Source: an uncultured Pseudomonadota bacterium
GTDB lineage: Bacteria > Oederibacteriota > Muellerivitia > Muellerivitales > Muellerivitaceae
Direction: 5' to 3'
Length of the DNA: 64,000 nucleotides
NCBI GenBank assembly: GCA_963843375.1
Contig: CAWJKT010000011.1
Coordinates: 352,001 to 416,000 of the forward strand
In this document: positions 1 through 10,825 of the stretch, piece after piece
Layout: the number at the start of each line of letters is the position of its first letter
Numbering within the stretch: position 1 is the first letter of the stretch
The notes under the pieces: generated by a model
The model's database searches: none
Seen by the model: the letters and a program-made list of their open reading frames with translations, nothing else
Told to the model about the DNA's origin: nothing
Position numbers and translations under genes: made by a program

Positions 1-15
1 CCCCTATCAAAGGGG

Positions 16-48
16 ATCAAATTGAGGGCTGGATATAATCATAATGAT
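16..48. promoter_or_regulatory. Tandem ATCA-N3-TGAT boxes (putative upstream activator sequence)
   Basis: ATCAAATTGAG (16-26) and ATCATAATGAT (38-48), 22 bp apart, about 105 bp upstream of the sigma54 motif at 153. Confidence 0.6.
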
Positions 49-152
49 CTGCAACTCGTGACTGAGTCCCGCTAAAAAATTCCTCAACCCCAAAACATCG
101 TTCTTTTTCGAGGCCAGGGAAGAGGTTTGATTTTTCCCTTGAATTTCCGAGA

Positions 153-166
153 GGTATGGAACTTGC
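153..166 (+). promoter_or_regulatory. sigma54 (-24/-12) promoter
   Basis: GGTATGGAACTTGC = GG-N10-GC with TTGC; the identical 14-mer recurs at 8961 and 24267. Confidence 0.75.
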
Positions 167-234
167 CTTAGTTCCTTTCCTGAATTTCATGATTGGATGT
201 GGGATTCAAATAAATATTTTTGGGAAGTAATAAA

Positions 235-1257
235 GTGAAAAAGCTTATCGTAAATTTAGTTGTAATAGCCTCACTTCCAATTGCTTTTGTAGCCGGTTGC
301 GGAAGCAATAACAACAATCCGTCCAGTCCAGGGGGTTCGGCAGCGACTTCAACGAACACCACGACACCCACGAGAACCTTAACGACCGCGACGCCAACGA
401 GTACCGGGACGAACACGGCGACGAAAACCGTTACGTCTACGGCCACGGCTACCGCGACCGTGACACCCTCGGGGACCATCACGCCCGTGGCGACCGCAAC
501 AACGACGAACAGTCCGACCAACACGGCTACCGTTACGGTGACCGCAACCCCGACCAACAGTCCGATGAGCACGGCCACTTATACGGTGACCGCTACCCCG
601 TCAGGAACGGTTACGACGATTGTAACTGCGACGCCCCAAGCCGTCCAAACACCGGTTAATCTTGGATCTACGGTCAGTTACGCTGTCTTGGCTTTCTCCG
701 AGGCCACCAATACCGGCGCCACCACACTCTGTGGGGACCTGGGTTTGTGGTCAGGAACAGCTTTTGGCGCGGGCTACGTGTTTTGTAACGGCGGAATCGA
801 GAACATCACCAATGGGGCCGCAGAAACCGCCCAAGGCGACTTGACCACGGCCATAGGGGATGCCTCGGGAAGGACAACCCCGGCTTTGATTTCCGGTGAT
901 TTGGGTGGCCAAACGCTTTATGCAGGCCTTTATAACTCATCCGGTACGATTGGGATAACGGGTACTCTCACCTTGGATGCCCAGTCAAATCCGAATGCGG
1001 TCTTCATCTTCCAAATCGCGAGCACCCTTTCCAGCGCGGTCAGCAGTCAGGTCATCCTCGCCAATGGAGCGGAAGCCGCCAACATCTTCTGGCAGGTTAG
1101 CACTAATTGCAGCTTGGGTGATTATTCCACCTTTATGGGAACCATCATGACTGGCACAGCGACCACGATTGGTACAGGCGTCGTGTTGGATGGCCGGGCT
1201 TTAGCAAAGTCCGCCGTTACGATGCAGGGTGATGACATCGCCGTTCCCACTCCGTAA
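235..1257 (+). CDS. Lipoprotein with Thr/Pro-rich stalk and C-terminal DUF3494 (ice-binding-like) domain
   Basis: Lipobox FVAGC; long T/P linker; motifs VNLGS..YAVLA, LTLDAQSNPNAVFIFQI, ANIFWQV, GRALA. The GTG at 235 matches the start of the paralog at 9039 (ORF track starts at 220). Confidence 0.88.
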   Translation: MKKLIVNLVVIASLPIAFVAGCGSNNNNPSSPGGSAATSTNTTTPTRTLTTATPTSTGTNTATKTVTSTATATATVTPSGTITPVATATTTNSPTNTATVTVTATPTNSPMSTATYTVTATPSGTVTTIVTATPQAVQTPVNLGSTVSYAVLAFSEATNTGATTLCGDLGLWSGTAFGAGYVFCNGGIENITNGAAETAQGDLTTAIGDASGRTTPALISGDLGGQTLYAGLYNSSGTIGITGTLTLDAQSNPNAVFIFQIASTLSSAVSSQVILANGAEAANIFWQVSTNCSLGDYSTFMGTIMTGTATTIGTGVVLDGRALAKSAVTMQGDDIAVPTP

Positions 1258-1290
1258 GAACTTAGTCCAATAATTGATTTAGTGGCGTAT

Positions 1291-1327
1291 AAAGGCCGGG
1301 AAAAACTCCCGGCCTTTTTTTATTTTT
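1291..1327 (+). terminator. Rho-independent terminator
   Basis: AAAGGCCGGGA-aaaac-TCCCGGCCTTT followed by a T tract. Confidence 0.85.
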
Positions 1328-1344
1328 TGACAAATTTAAGTGAG

Positions 1345-1377
1345 ATCAAAATGAGAGTTGAAAATAATCATTTTGAT
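1345..1377. promoter_or_regulatory. Tandem ATCA-N3-TGAT boxes (putative UAS)
   Basis: ATCAAAATGAG (1345-1355) and ATCATTTTGAT (1367-1377). Confidence 0.7.
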
Positions 1378-1470
1378 TGCCTATCTGTAATGGTGAGCTG
1401 CTGAAGATCCCTTCCGCGCCAAATATTTGTTTTTTTTGAAACTATTGGAGGCATGGACAGTCTTCCTTGA

Positions 1471-1484
1471 GGTATGGAAATTGC
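1471..1484 (+). promoter_or_regulatory. sigma54 promoter
   Basis: GGTATGGAAATTGC, GG-N10-GC, just upstream of the kinase gene. Confidence 0.72.
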
Positions 1485-1501
1485 TTTGAAATAGAGATTC
1501 T

Positions 1502-4500
1502 ATGACCACTCAAACCCTCCTCAAGACCGAATCTGTTGAACCGGATTCGGTGGATATCCATCAATTACTTAAAGCCTTGATGGCCCTGAAAAAGGGCGAT
1601 TTTTCTGTGCGTCTTCCGATCGACTGGACCGGAACGGCCGGCAAGATCGCGGACACTTTCAATGATGTGGTTGAGATGAACCAGCACATGGCGATGGAAC
1701 TTCAGCGCTTGTGTCAAGCCGTGGCGAAGGAAGGCAAGATCAACCAGCGGACTCCTCTGGGGGAATTCGGCGGCGCCTGGTCCCAAATGACGGAATCCGT
1801 GAACACCCTTATCGATGAACTGGTTCGTCCCACCAGTGAAATGTCCCGGGTCATCGGCGCCGTGGCCAAGGGGGACCTTTCCCAAGAAGCGGCTTTGGAA
1901 GTGGGCGGACGCCCCCTGGAAGGGGAATTCCTTCAAACGGGCCGTACCATCAACACCATGGTGGATCGGTTGCGGTCCTTCGCTTCCGAAGTCACCCGGG
2001 TTGCGCGCGAAGTAGGAACCGAAGGGAAACTCGGCGGCCAAGCCATTGTTCCAGGGGTCGCGGGCACGTGGAAGGACTTGGCCGATAATGTCAATCTGAT
2101 GGCCAGCAACCTGACGAGTCAGGTTCGTAATATCGCGGACGTCACTCTCTCAGTGGCCCAAGGCGATCTTTCCAAAAAAATCACCGCCGACGTGCGTGGC
2201 GAAGTCCTTGTCCTAAAAGAAACCGTCAACACGATGGTGGACCAACTTCGTTCCTTCGCCTCGGAAGTGAGCCGGGTAGCTCGAGAAGTCGGAACCGAAG
2301 GGAAACTGGGCGGCCAGGCCATTGTTCCGGGAGCGGCCGGAACCTGGAAAGACCTGACCGACAACGTGAATTTCATGGCAAGCAACCTGACGAGCCAGGT
2401 ACGCAATATCGCCGATATCACGACCGCTGTGGCGAACGGCGATTTTTCCAAGAAGATCACTGCCGACGTGCGGGGCGAGTTCCTTCAACTGAAAGAGAAA
2501 GTCAACACGATGGTGGACCAGTTGAGTCTTTTTACCTCGGAGGTGACGCGAGTCGCGCGGGAAGTGGGAACGGAAGGGAAACTGGATAGCCAGGCCATCG
2601 CGCCAGGCGCGGCGGGAACCTGGAAGGAATTAACCGACAACGTCAACTTCATGTCCTCGAATCTGACGAGTCAAGTGCGCAATATCGCCGATATCACGAC
2701 CGCTGTGGCGAACGGCGATTTTTCCAAGAAGATCACTGCCGACGTGCGGGGCGAGTTCCTTCAACTGAAAGAGAAAGTCAACACGATGGTGGACCAGTTG
2801 AGTCTTTTTACCTCGGAGGTGACGCGGGTCGCGCGGGAAGTGGGAACGGAAGGGAAACTGGATAGCCAGGCCATCGCGCCAGGTGCGGCTGGAACCTGGA
2901 AGGAATTAACCGACAACGTCAACTTCATGTCCTCGAATCTGACGAGTCAAGTGCGCAATATCGCCAATATCACGACCGCTGTGGCGAACGGCGATTTTTC
3001 CAAGAAGATCACTGCCGACGTGCGGGGCGAGTTCCTTCAACTGAAAGAGAAAGTCAACACGATGGTGGACCAGTTGAGTCTTTTTACCTCGGAGGTGACG
3101 CGAGTCGCGCGGGAAGTGGGAACGGAAGGGAAACTGGGTGGGCAGGCCATCGCGCCAGGCGCGGCTGGAACCTGGAAAGATCTGACCGACAACGTCAACC
3201 ACATGGCAGCCAACCTAACCGACCAGGTGCGCAGCATCGCTAAGGTGGTCAGCTCCGTAGCCAAGGGGGACCTGAAACAAAAGCTCACGGTCGTGTCCAA
3301 GGGTGAAGTCGCCACTTTGGCCGACACCATCAATATCATGGTGGACCAGCTCAATGCCTTCGCCGCGCAGGTCACCAGCGTGGCCCGAGAAGTCGGCGTG
3401 GAAGGCCGTTTAGGGGGGCAGGCCAACGTGCCGGGAGCGGCTGGAACCTGGAAGGACCTGACGGACAACGTCAACCAACTAGCCGCCAACCTGACGACCC
3501 AGGTACGCGCCATTTCCGAAGTCGTCAGTTCGGTCGCCAGCGGGGACCTGACACGGTCCATCCGCATGGACGCCAGGGGCGAGGTGGAGACTTTAAAAGA
3601 TACCATCAACCAGATGATCGCCAACCTGCGCGGCACTACCCTGAAAAATTCGGAGCAAGTCTGGTTAAAAACGAATTTGGCCCGTTTCACCCTCATGTTG
3701 CAAGGACAGAGAGATTTGTCGACCGTTGCCAAGGCTATCCTTTCAGAACTCAACCAAGTAGTTTCGGCTCAGCACAGCGCCTTTTATATTGCTGACTCCA
3801 AAGAATCGGGCGGGACTCGCTTAAAACTTCTTTCCGGGTTCGCCTACCGTCCCAGGCCAGAACTTCCGCAGGAATTCGGTTTCGGAGAGGGCCTAGTGGG
3901 CCAATGCGCCCAGGAAAAGACCAGGCTTTTATTGAATAATGTTCCTGGCGACTATATCCGTATCAGTTCGGGTTTAGGGGAAGCGAGCCCCCTGAACCTG
4001 GTGGTGTTGCCCGTTCTTTTCGAAGGCAAAATCAAGGGTGTCCTGGAATTGGCTTCTTTTGAGGTGTTCACCCCATCCCATTTGGCTTTTCTGGAACAAC
4101 TGATGGAAAGTATCGGCATCGTCATCAATACCCTGGAAGCGAATTTGCGCACTGAAACCCTTCTGAAGAACCTGCAAAGCCAGCAGGAGGAATTACAAAA
4201 GTCGAACCAAAATTTGGAAGAAAAAGCCGACCAGTTGGCCCTGACCTCCAAGTACAAGACCGAGTTTCTTTCCAATATGTCTCATGAGTTGCGCACACCC
4301 CTCAACAGCATGCTCATCCTTTCCCAGCAATTGGCAGAGGATCCGAAAAACCTTACTCCCAAACAGGTGGAATACGCCCGCACCATCCACGCTTCGGGCG
4401 GCGACTTGCTGCTGTTGATCAACGATATCCTGGACCTTGCCAAGGTGGAATCCGGGACCTTGACGCTGGACGTTATCGACCTGCCTTTTACCGAGATGCG

Positions 4501-6295
4501 TGACCATATGGATCGACTTTTCCGCCACGTGGCCGAGGGTCGCGGGCTTCATTTCGGCATCGAATTCGACCCCAAACTGGGCCTTGAAATCCATACTGAT
4601 TCCAAGAGGCTGGAACAGATCTTGAGAAATCTTCTTTCCAACGCTTTTAAGTTTACGGAAAAAGGGCAGGTCTATCTCAAGGTGGCGCCGGCCAGCGGCG
4701 GTTGGAGTTTCGACCATCCCGTTTTAAGCAAAGCCCAGGAAGTCATTGCTTTTTCTGTCATTGACACAGGGATCGGGATTCCGGAGGACAAGCAAAAGAT
4801 CATCTTCGAGGCTTTCCAACAGGCCGAAAGCGGGACCAGCCGCAAATATGGGGGGACAGGACTGGGGCTGTCGATCAGCCGCGAACTAGCAATGGTTTTG
4901 GGGGGCCAATTGGCTTTGGCCAATAGTCATCCTGGGCGCGGGAGCGCTTTCGTTCTTTATATGCCAAGGAATTATGTCCCGGTCAAGCCCGCTACGGTCA
5001 TTCCCGCCATCGAACCAGAACGATTGCTGGCTCCAAAGCCGCCACACGATCCGGTGCTAACGGAAAGCGATGTGGCTTTAGGTTCCACGAATGAGGTTGC
5101 GGACGACCGAAAAAACATCCAGTCGGGTGACAAAATCCTCCTGATCGTGGAAAAGGACGCGAAATTCGCCCAAATCCTATTGGAGGCGGCCCGCGATAAA
5201 GGTTTCAAAGGGCTTGTCGCATCACGAGGCGATACCGCCTTGCGTTTGGCCAAAGAGTTCCCGGCAAGCGCGGTGACCTTAGATATTCGGCTCCCCGATA
5301 TTGATGGTTGGAGCATTCTTGCCCATTTTAAGAAAGACTTGGCCACGCGCCATATCCCCGTTGAGATTATTTCCGGTGATGGGGACCGGATAAGGGGCCT
5401 AAAGCAGGGAGCATTGGGATACCTGAAGAAGCCCGTTAATAAAGAGGACCTGGACAAGGCTTTTAAGAATATCCATAAATGCCTTGAGTCACCTACCCGA
5501 GAAGTGCTGCTGGTTTGCGGAAAGCAGGACCAACGCAAAAAGCTCAAGGAAATACTGGAATCCGGTGAGATCAAAGTGCATGCCGTTTCCAGCAGCCGTG
5601 AAGCCCTTCCGCTTTTGAAGGAAGGAAACCTGGACTGTGTGGCCCTGGAAGTACCGGATCCAGAGGCTTTCCGGGTGCTCCAAGCCATAAATATCAACCC
5701 TCAATACGGCTATTTACCCCTGATCGTTTATATCAGCGGTGATCTCAATAAAAACGAAGAGGAAGAACTGAGGCGGATCGCCAAGGTTTGCGTCGTTAAG
5801 GAAACCAAGTCCATGGAAGGATTAATGGATGAGGTGATCCTTTTTATCCATCAGGCAGTCTCCAAGCTTCCCGAAGCCAAACGCAACAGTATTGAACAGA
5901 TGCACCGGAGCAACGACATTCTGACCGGCCGAAAGGTGCTAGTCGTGGATGACGACATCCGCAATATTTTTGCCATGACCAGCCTTCTGGAGCACGAGAA
6001 GATGCAAGTCTTATCTGCGGAGAGCGGCAGCGGGGCCATTGAGCTTTTAGAAAAGACTCCAGACATGGACATCGTTCTTATGGACATTATGATGCCGGAA
6101 ATGGACGGTTACGACACCATGCAGGCCATCCGCAAAAAGGAATCCTTCAAATCCCTGCCCATCGTCGCCTTGACCGCTAAGGCCATGAAGGGAGACCGGG
6201 AAAAATGCATCGAGTCTGGGGCCTCGGATTACATCACTAAGCCAGTGGACACAGCCCAGCTACTCGCCCTGATGAGAATATGGTTGAAACGATAG
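1502..6295 (+). CDS. Soluble poly-HAMP/GAF hybrid histidine kinase with three C-terminal receiver(-like) domains (OsaA/Nik1-like)
   Basis: Repeated 92-aa di-HAMP units ([19 protein letters not shown]...[11 protein letters not shown]), GAF region, H-box [11 protein letters not shown] boxes (NAFKFT, DTGIGI, GGTGLGL), final REC LVVDDD...LMDIMMP...ITKP. Confidence 0.95.
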   Translation: MTTQTLLKTESVEPDSVDIHQLLKALMALKKGDFSVRLPIDWTGTAGKIADTFNDVVEMNQHMAMELQRLCQAVAKEGKINQRTPLGEFGGAWSQMTESVNTLIDELVRPTSEMSRVIGAVAKGDLSQEAALEVGGRPLEGEFLQTGRTINTMVDRLRSFASEVTRVAREVGTEGKLGGQAIVPGVAGTWKDLADNVNLMASNLTSQVRNIADVTLSVAQGDLSKKITADVRGEVLVLKETVNTMVDQLRSFASEVSRVAREVGTEGKLGGQAIVPGAAGTWKDLTDNVNFMASNLTSQVRNIADITTAVANGDFSKKITADVRGEFLQLKEKVNTMVDQLSLFTSEVTRVAREVGTEGKLDSQAIAPGAAGTWKELTDNVNFMSSNLTSQVRNIADITTAVANGDFSKKITADVRGEFLQLKEKVNTMVDQLSLFTSEVTRVAREVGTEGKLDSQAIAPGAAGTWKELTDNVNFMSSNLTSQVRNIANITTAVANGDFSKKITADVRGEFLQLKEKVNTMVDQLSLFTSEVTRVAREVGTEGKLGGQAIAPGAAGTWKDLTDNVNHMAANLTDQVRSIAKVVSSVAKGDLKQKLTVVSKGEVATLADTINIMVDQLNAFAAQVTSVAREVGVEGRLGGQANVPGAAGTWKDLTDNVNQLAANLTTQVRAISEVVSSVASGDLTRSIRMDARGEVETLKDTINQMIANLRGTTLKNSEQVWLKTNLARFTLMLQGQRDLSTVAKAILSELNQVVSAQHSAFYIADSKESGGTRLKLLSGFAYRPRPELPQEFGFGEGLVGQCAQEKTRLLLNNVPGDYIRISSGLGEASPLNLVVLPVLFEGKIKGVLELASFEVFTPSHLAFLEQLMESIGIVINTLEANLRTETLLKNLQSQQEELQKSNQNLEEKADQLALTSKYKTEFLSNMSHELRTPLNSMLILSQQLAEDPKNLTPKQVEYARTIHASGGDLLLLINDILDLAKVESGTLTLDVIDLPFTEMRDHMDRLFRHVAEGRGLHFGIEFDPKLGLEIHTDSKRLEQILRNLLSNAFKFTEKGQVYLKVAPASGGWSFDHPVLSKAQEVIAFSVIDTGIGIPEDKQKIIFEAFQQAESGTSRKYGGTGLGLSISRELAMVLGGQLALANSHPGRGSAFVLYMPRNYVPVKPATVIPAIEPERLLAPKPPHDPVLTESDVALGSTNEVADDRKNIQSGDKILLIVEKDAKFAQILLEAARDKGFKGLVASRGDTALRLAKEFPASAVTLDIRLPDIDGWSILAHFKKDLATRHIPVEIISGDGDRIRGLKQGALGYLKKPVNKEDLDKAFKNIHKCLESPTREVLLVCGKQDQRKKLKEILESGEIKVHAVSSSREALPLLKEGNLDCVALEVPDPEAFRVLQAININPQYGYLPLIVYISGDLNKNEEEELRRIAKVCVVKETKSMEGLMDEVILFIHQAVSKLPEAKRNSIEQMHRSNDILTGRKVLVVDDDIRNIFAMTSLLEHEKMQVLSAESGSGAIELLEKTPDMDIVLMDIMMPEMDGYDTMQAIRKKESFKSLPIVALTAKAMKGDREKCIESGASDYITKPVDTAQLLALMRIWLKR
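2399..3226 (+). repeat. Three near-identical 276-bp tandem repeats (di-HAMP units)
   Basis: Units start at 2399, 2675 and 2951 with nearly identical DNA; more diverged copies flank them. Confidence 0.9.
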
Positions 6296-6305
6296 GAGGA
6301 AAACC

Positions 6306-6908
6306 GTGGTTGAGAATAAAATGCCAGTCAATATTCTTTTAGTAGATGACCAGCCGGCCAATCTATTGGCGCTCGAGGCTGTATTGGAAAGCCTGGGTCA
6401 AAACCTAGTAAGGGCCAATTCCGGGGAAGAGGCTTTAAGGCAGCTGATTCAAAGGGATTTCGCCGTAATTCTTTTGGACGTGCTTATGCCGGGGATAAAT
6501 GGGTTTGAAACAGCGGCCCTTATCCGCCAGCGCGATCGTAACAGCAATATGCCCATCATTTTCCTGACGGCGGGTGGAAAAACCGAGACAGAGATGTTCC
6601 GTGGCTATGCCGTGGGAGCCATCGACTACCTATTGAAGCCCATCCGTCCGGCGGTACTTCGGTCCAAGGTATCGGTTTTGATCGACCTTTACCGCCGGAC
6701 CACGGAAGTGCATCACCTAAAGCAGGAACTCAGCCAAAGAATCCGGGAAATCGAGGGCTTGAACTCGATGTTAAAAACCGAAAATGAATGCCGCAAAAGG
6801 ATTGAGGCGGAATTGGGCCTGTCCAAAGAGGGGTCGAAAAACTTTGATGCCAACTCGGAGGCGAGAGCTCCCAAACCCACGATGGCGGTCGAAGAACAGG
6901 GACGTTAG
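6306..6908 (+). CDS. OsaB-like response regulator (REC + coiled coil)
   Basis: ILLVDDQPANLLALEAVL...AVILLDVLMP...IIFLTA...LLKP; no DNA-binding output; AGGAGG RBS. Confidence 0.9.
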   Translation: MVENKMPVNILLVDDQPANLLALEAVLESLGQNLVRANSGEEALRQLIQRDFAVILLDVLMPGINGFETAALIRQRDRNSNMPIIFLTAGGKTETEMFRGYAVGAIDYLLKPIRPAVLRSKVSVLIDLYRRTTEVHHLKQELSQRIREIEGLNSMLKTENECRKRIEAELGLSKEGSKNFDANSEARAPKPTMAVEEQGR

Positions 6909-6940
6909 CCGAGCGAACCAATGGAAAACTGGAGTAAAAA

Positions 6941-7504
6941 ATGACAAAGGGCAAGGAAGTTAACGTAAATAGGCCACGCGTCAACATTCTTCTAGTGGAT
7001 GACGAACCGGCAAACCTGCTGGCCCTTGAGGCGGTATTGGAATGTCTGGGCCAAAACTTAGTGCGGGCTAATTCTGGGGAAGAGGCTTTAAGGCAGCTAA
7101 TTGAAAAGGATTTCGCCGTCATTCTTTTGGACGCGTTGATGCCAATGATGAACGGGTTTGAAACGGCCGCCCTGATACGCCAGCGCGACCTCAGCAGCCA
7201 TATGCCGATCATTTTCCTGACGGCGGGTGGAAAAACCGAGACGGAAATGTTCCAAGCCTATGCAGTGGGAGCGATTGACTATCTGTTGAAACCTTTCGTT
7301 CCCGCAGTGCTGCGTTCCAAGGTTTCGGTTTTGATCGAACTTTACCGCCGAACCGAGGAAGCGCGCCGGCTGAACGATGAATTAGGCCGCAAGGTCAAGG
7401 AACTTGTAATTGTGAACTTGAAATTGGAGATCGAAAATCGAAAACACGATCGGATGATGGAGAAACTTCACCGATCTGAAGAAGGATTGAAGAAACTCAA
7501 CTGA
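6941..7504 (+). CDS. Second OsaB-like response regulator (paralog)
   Basis: REC domain nearly identical to 6306-6908, divergent coiled-coil tail. Confidence 0.9.
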   Translation: MTKGKEVNVNRPRVNILLVDDEPANLLALEAVLECLGQNLVRANSGEEALRQLIEKDFAVILLDALMPMMNGFETAALIRQRDLSSHMPIIFLTAGGKTETEMFQAYAVGAIDYLLKPFVPAVLRSKVSVLIELYRRTEEARRLNDELGRKVKELVIVNLKLEIENRKHDRMMEKLHRSEEGLKKLN

Positions 7505-7829
7505 TCAAACCGTAGAAAAAGCGATAATGAAATTAGTTTTTTATTGCCTTCCAGCGGTCGTAATGCCGTTCTTCGTAAGATGTGGTATTACCCCGCATTC
7601 CTTGGAAGTGACCAAAGGGTTATGCGGGATATCGCGAGTTAATAATTTTTTAATAACTTCTATCGATAACCAGGAACCAATGGGTTTAGTCACCTTTGTT
7701 GGGAACATCGGGACGACTTCCGGATGAATTTTTTTTGGCTGTAACTTCATCTCTCGCTAGGTAGCCCGCCTTTCAGGGGTTGAAATCAGATGAAATGCTG
7801 GCAAAAGAAGGATTCCCGGTGGAGCGGAC

Positions 7830-8690
7830 ATGAATCGAAAATATTTTTTTGGAACATCTTCATCCCCTGGAGTTCTTGTCCTAGCGATTAAAAATTATTT
7901 CAAGATCGAAGGATCTCAACAGGCGGCCGTGTTCGCTTATTACGCTTTTTTTTCTCTCTTTCCATTAGTTATCCTGGCCGTGATGATATCCTCGTTTTTT
8001 GCGGACCAGGACCGCGCGGCCCGAGAGGTCATTGGATATTTCAAAAATTACGCGCCCCTGGACGCCCAATTAAACCAGGATGTTTTCGACGTCATCACCG
8101 GAGTGGTCAAGGAGCGGGGAAAAGCGACGATCATCGTCCCTTTAATCTTTTTTTGGGGGGCCTTCCGTTTTTTCAACGTGCTGATTCGCGCGGTCAATCG
8201 GGCCTGGGGTACCCGGGCGGGAAAATGGTGGCGCCTGCCCCTGAAGAACATCCTTTTGCTCGCGATCACAGGTCTGACCATCCTGCTGGGTCTGGGGACA
8301 CCGGTGGTTGCCAGGCTGGCTAGGCACTGGTTTTTTTCCACGTACGAATTTGTTTCGTGGATGTATGAAGCGGCTGTCGTTATCGGCCCCTTGCTTGCTC
8401 TTTTTCTAGGATTAAGCCTTCTTTACAAGCTCGCACCCTGCCGGCCCACACGCTTTGCTGAAGTGTGGATAGCCGCGCTGGCGGCTGCGGCGGCATTGTG
8501 CGTACTGGAAAGTTTGTTTGTCATTTACCTTCGAATCTTCTCCAAGTTCAACCTGGTTTACGGGGCGTTTGGCGGCATGATGTCCCTACTCATGTGGATT
8601 TATCTTTCGGGATGCATCATTGTCCTGGGAGCCTGCTTGTCCGCCGCCCAAGCCAAGGTAAAAGCGCATTGGTGGAGTCGCAACTTTTGA
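7830..8690 (+). CDS. YihY/virulence factor BrkB family membrane protein
   Basis: AAVFAYYAFFSLFPL, VYGAFGGMMSLLMWIYLSG; multiple TM segments. Confidence 0.88.
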   Translation: MNRKYFFGTSSSPGVLVLAIKNYFKIEGSQQAAVFAYYAFFSLFPLVILAVMISSFFADQDRAAREVIGYFKNYAPLDAQLNQDVFDVITGVVKERGKATIIVPLIFFWGAFRFFNVLIRAVNRAWGTRAGKWWRLPLKNILLLAITGLTILLGLGTPVVARLARHWFFSTYEFVSWMYEAAVVIGPLLALFLGLSLLYKLAPCRPTRFAEVWIAALAAAAALCVLESLFVIYLRIFSKFNLVYGAFGGMMSLLMWIYLSGCIIVLGACLSAAQAKVKAHWWSRNF

Positions 8691-8727
8691 ATTGGGGAAA
8701 ATCCATTCCAGTTTAATCGGCGGGAAG

Positions 8728-8854
8728 ATCAAAATGAGGCCCCAATCCCCGTTTTGATCTTCATCAGACCGCTTCATTTAAAACAATTTTTCAAGGCACC
8801 CGGAGCTTTTCCGCGGCTTTCCGACCGAATTAAATTCATTCGAATCATTTTGAT
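8728..8854. promoter_or_regulatory. ATCA-N3-TGAT boxes (putative UAS)
   Basis: ATCAAAATGAG (8728-8738), CCCGTTTTGAT (8748-8758), ATCATTTTGAT (8844-8854). Confidence 0.6.
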
Positions 8855-8960
8855 CGACTTTTTGAACCGACAATCCACTTAAAAATTTTCCAACGATGAG
8901 AAAGAGCTTTTTCCTGGATCGCGCATAGGATCCACATGCGCTTTCCCTGGATTTTTGAGC

Positions 8961-8974
8961 GGTATGGAACTTGC
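8961..8974 (+). promoter_or_regulatory. sigma54 promoter
   Basis: GGTATGGAACTTGC. Confidence 0.75.
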
Positions 8975-9038
8975 TTTAACTCCTATCCTAGATCTCATGA
9001 TTAATCGTGGAATTCGTAAATTTTTAAGGAAGTGAAAA

Positions 9039-9821
9039 ATGAAAAAACTTGTCGTCAGTTTAATCTTTATGGCCGCGTTTCCAATCGCTTTTATGGCGGG
9101 ATGCAGTTCTCAAGTCCCGACTTCATCGAACTCGGCGACTTCAATCCCCACCTCAACACCGGCCGCCTATTCGACACCCCAATCGACGAATCCAGCTATG
9201 GTAAATCTTGGATCGGCGGTGACTTATGGGATCCTAGCTTCCACTCAGATCACTAACTCCGGAGCTTCTACTGTCTGTGGAAATATCGGTTTGGATTCAG
9301 GAACATTGATAAATGGAGGGATTAATTTGACCTGTGGTGGGGTTTCACAGGTGAATAATTCTACCGTACTCGCCGCCCAAGGGGCCTTAGGTGTCGCCTA
9401 TACCGCCGCCATGGGAGCGCCAACCGGCGCCACCATTCCAGCGGGCACCGATATTGGAGGGCAAACCCTTTATCCCGGGGTTTATACCGTCGGTGGGAAT
9501 CTTAATATATCTTCGGCTGACCTTACCCTTAGCTCCCTGGGAACCACAAACGGTGTCTTTATTTTCCAGATTACAGGCAGCAACAATCTCGTAGTCGGGC
9601 CCGGCCGCAAAGTCATCCTTTCAGGGGGGGCGCAGGCGGCCAATGTTTTTTGGGTGGTGGGAGGGTACTGCTCTCTTAATACGATGGTCTCTTTCGTGGG
9701 CAATATTATGGCCGGTACATCAGTCACGCTTAATACGGGTGCGGTCCTGTTAGGCGAAGCTTTGGCGGAGACAGGTGATGTTACTTTGTTGGGTAATACG
9801 ATCACTGTTCCGGGGCTATGA
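9039..9821 (+). CDS. DUF3494 ice-binding-like lipoprotein (short linker)
   Basis: Lipobox FMAGC; VNLGSAVTYGILA, GQTLYPGVY, VFIFQI, ANVFWVV, LLGEALA. Confidence 0.88.
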   Translation: MKKLVVSLIFMAAFPIAFMAGCSSQVPTSSNSATSIPTSTPAAYSTPQSTNPAMVNLGSAVTYGILASTQITNSGASTVCGNIGLDSGTLINGGINLTCGGVSQVNNSTVLAAQGALGVAYTAAMGAPTGATIPAGTDIGGQTLYPGVYTVGGNLNISSADLTLSSLGTTNGVFIFQITGSNNLVVGPGRKVILSGGAQAANVFWVVGGYCSLNTMVSFVGNIMAGTSVTLNTGAVLLGEALAETGDVTLLGNTITVPGL

Positions 9822-9908
9822 GTTTTCGGAATTGATTGGGCGGCATAGGCCGAGAGGGTTTCTCAGCCTCTGCTGCATTTATTTGCAGGAATTTGAAAGG
9901 AAAAAGAA

Positions 9909-10349
9909 ATGAAAAATGGCGCATCAGCAGCGATGATTTTAAGTTTGGGCGTAACGGCCTTGTTGTTTTCCAGTTGTGGGCAGAAAAAGGTTGAAAACAC
10001 GGAGGTCCCACAGGGACCTGAGAGCAACGAGACGGTTCAGGCAGCGGCGCCTACACCAATTCCCACGCCCGCTAACGTGGAGAAGTATGTAGTCCAAAAA
10101 GGGGACACTCTTTGGGCAATAGCCGATCAATCAGGGAATTACTCCGATTATTACGAATGGCCGCTACTTTTTAAGACCAACCGGGATGAAATCCAAGATC
10201 CCGACCAGATTACTCCCGGACAGGTTCTCATAATTCAGAGGGGGCAAACGACCGAACAAAACGAGCATACCCGGCAGTTGGCCAGTGACACACCGGCCTT
10301 CGTGTCCCATGAAGCGCCGCGGACGACTCTTCCGATTAATTACTTTTAA
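9909..10349 (+). CDS. LysM-domain lipoprotein
   Basis: Lipobox FSSC; YVVQKGDTLWAIA...W..LF..N...IQDPDQITPGQVL. Confidence 0.88.
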   Translation: MKNGASAAMILSLGVTALLFSSCGQKKVENTEVPQGPESNETVQAAAPTPIPTPANVEKYVVQKGDTLWAIADQSGNYSDYYEWPLLFKTNRDEIQDPDQITPGQVLIIQRGQTTEQNEHTRQLASDTPAFVSHEAPRTTLPINYF

Positions 10350-10582
10350 CCGATAGAAAGCACCTGAATACCGGCGCCTATTAAGGGGCCGGGTTTGTAG
10401 CGGATGAAGCGGGTGACGATAAGGTCTCATCATTATCACAAGCCAGCTCAGTCCGTTTTGGATTTTAGGAACCTCGCGGTTCGGCGGGCAGCCGGTTAGG
10501 GTTTAAGAGAATTCATGTCCGTTAGGAATTGCCAATGAATTTTTCTAATTCCAAACACTGATCCCGTCTCCAGGAACCAACA

Positions 10583-10825
10583 ATGTCGATAATAAAAAAA
10601 ACAACTTTGAACAAAATGAAGCATATTTGGAAAGAATGGAAGGAATGTTTCAGGTTCGGGCCAAAAATCTTGAAGCTGTCCTCTCAAGGAAGTTTGTTTC
10701 CAAGCAAAACCAAGTTACTTCGGCCTCCAAGATGCCACCGCCCGCAGCGTTCAAAAAAGAAGAAGATGAAGGTGTTCGAGGTGGACGGTTGGAGGACGGG
10801 TCGCGCTATCCGCCATAAGCCATGA
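10583..10825 (+). CDS. Small basic hypothetical protein
   Basis: AGGA upstream and ATGA overlap with the next gene; no recognised domain. Confidence 0.3.
   Translation: MSIIKKTTLNKMKHIWKEWKECFRFGPKILKLSSQGSLFPSKTKLLRPPRCHRPQRSKKKKMKVFEVDGWRTGRAIRHKP

Noticed and set aside
168..578. Val-rich minus-strand ORF (also 32885-33601 on +)
   Set aside because: Antisense shadows of Thr/Pro-rich linkers (ACN codons read as GTN).
1345..1377. ATCAA boxes as IHF or FNR sites
   Set aside because: They lack the IHF WATCAR-N4-TTR tail and the FNR TTGAT-N4-ATCAA arrangement; the paired ATCA-N3-TGAT pattern fits better.
2399..3226. Possible CRISPR or mobile repeat
   Set aside because: The repeats are in-frame 276-bp coding units of the HAMP array with no spacers.
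7527..7750. Short ORFs between the receivers and yihY
   Set aside because: No RBS, motif or compositional support.
10350..10500. Structured RNA after the LysM gene
   Set aside because: Only one modest hairpin (CCGGCGCC/GGGGCCGG) and no recognisable family.
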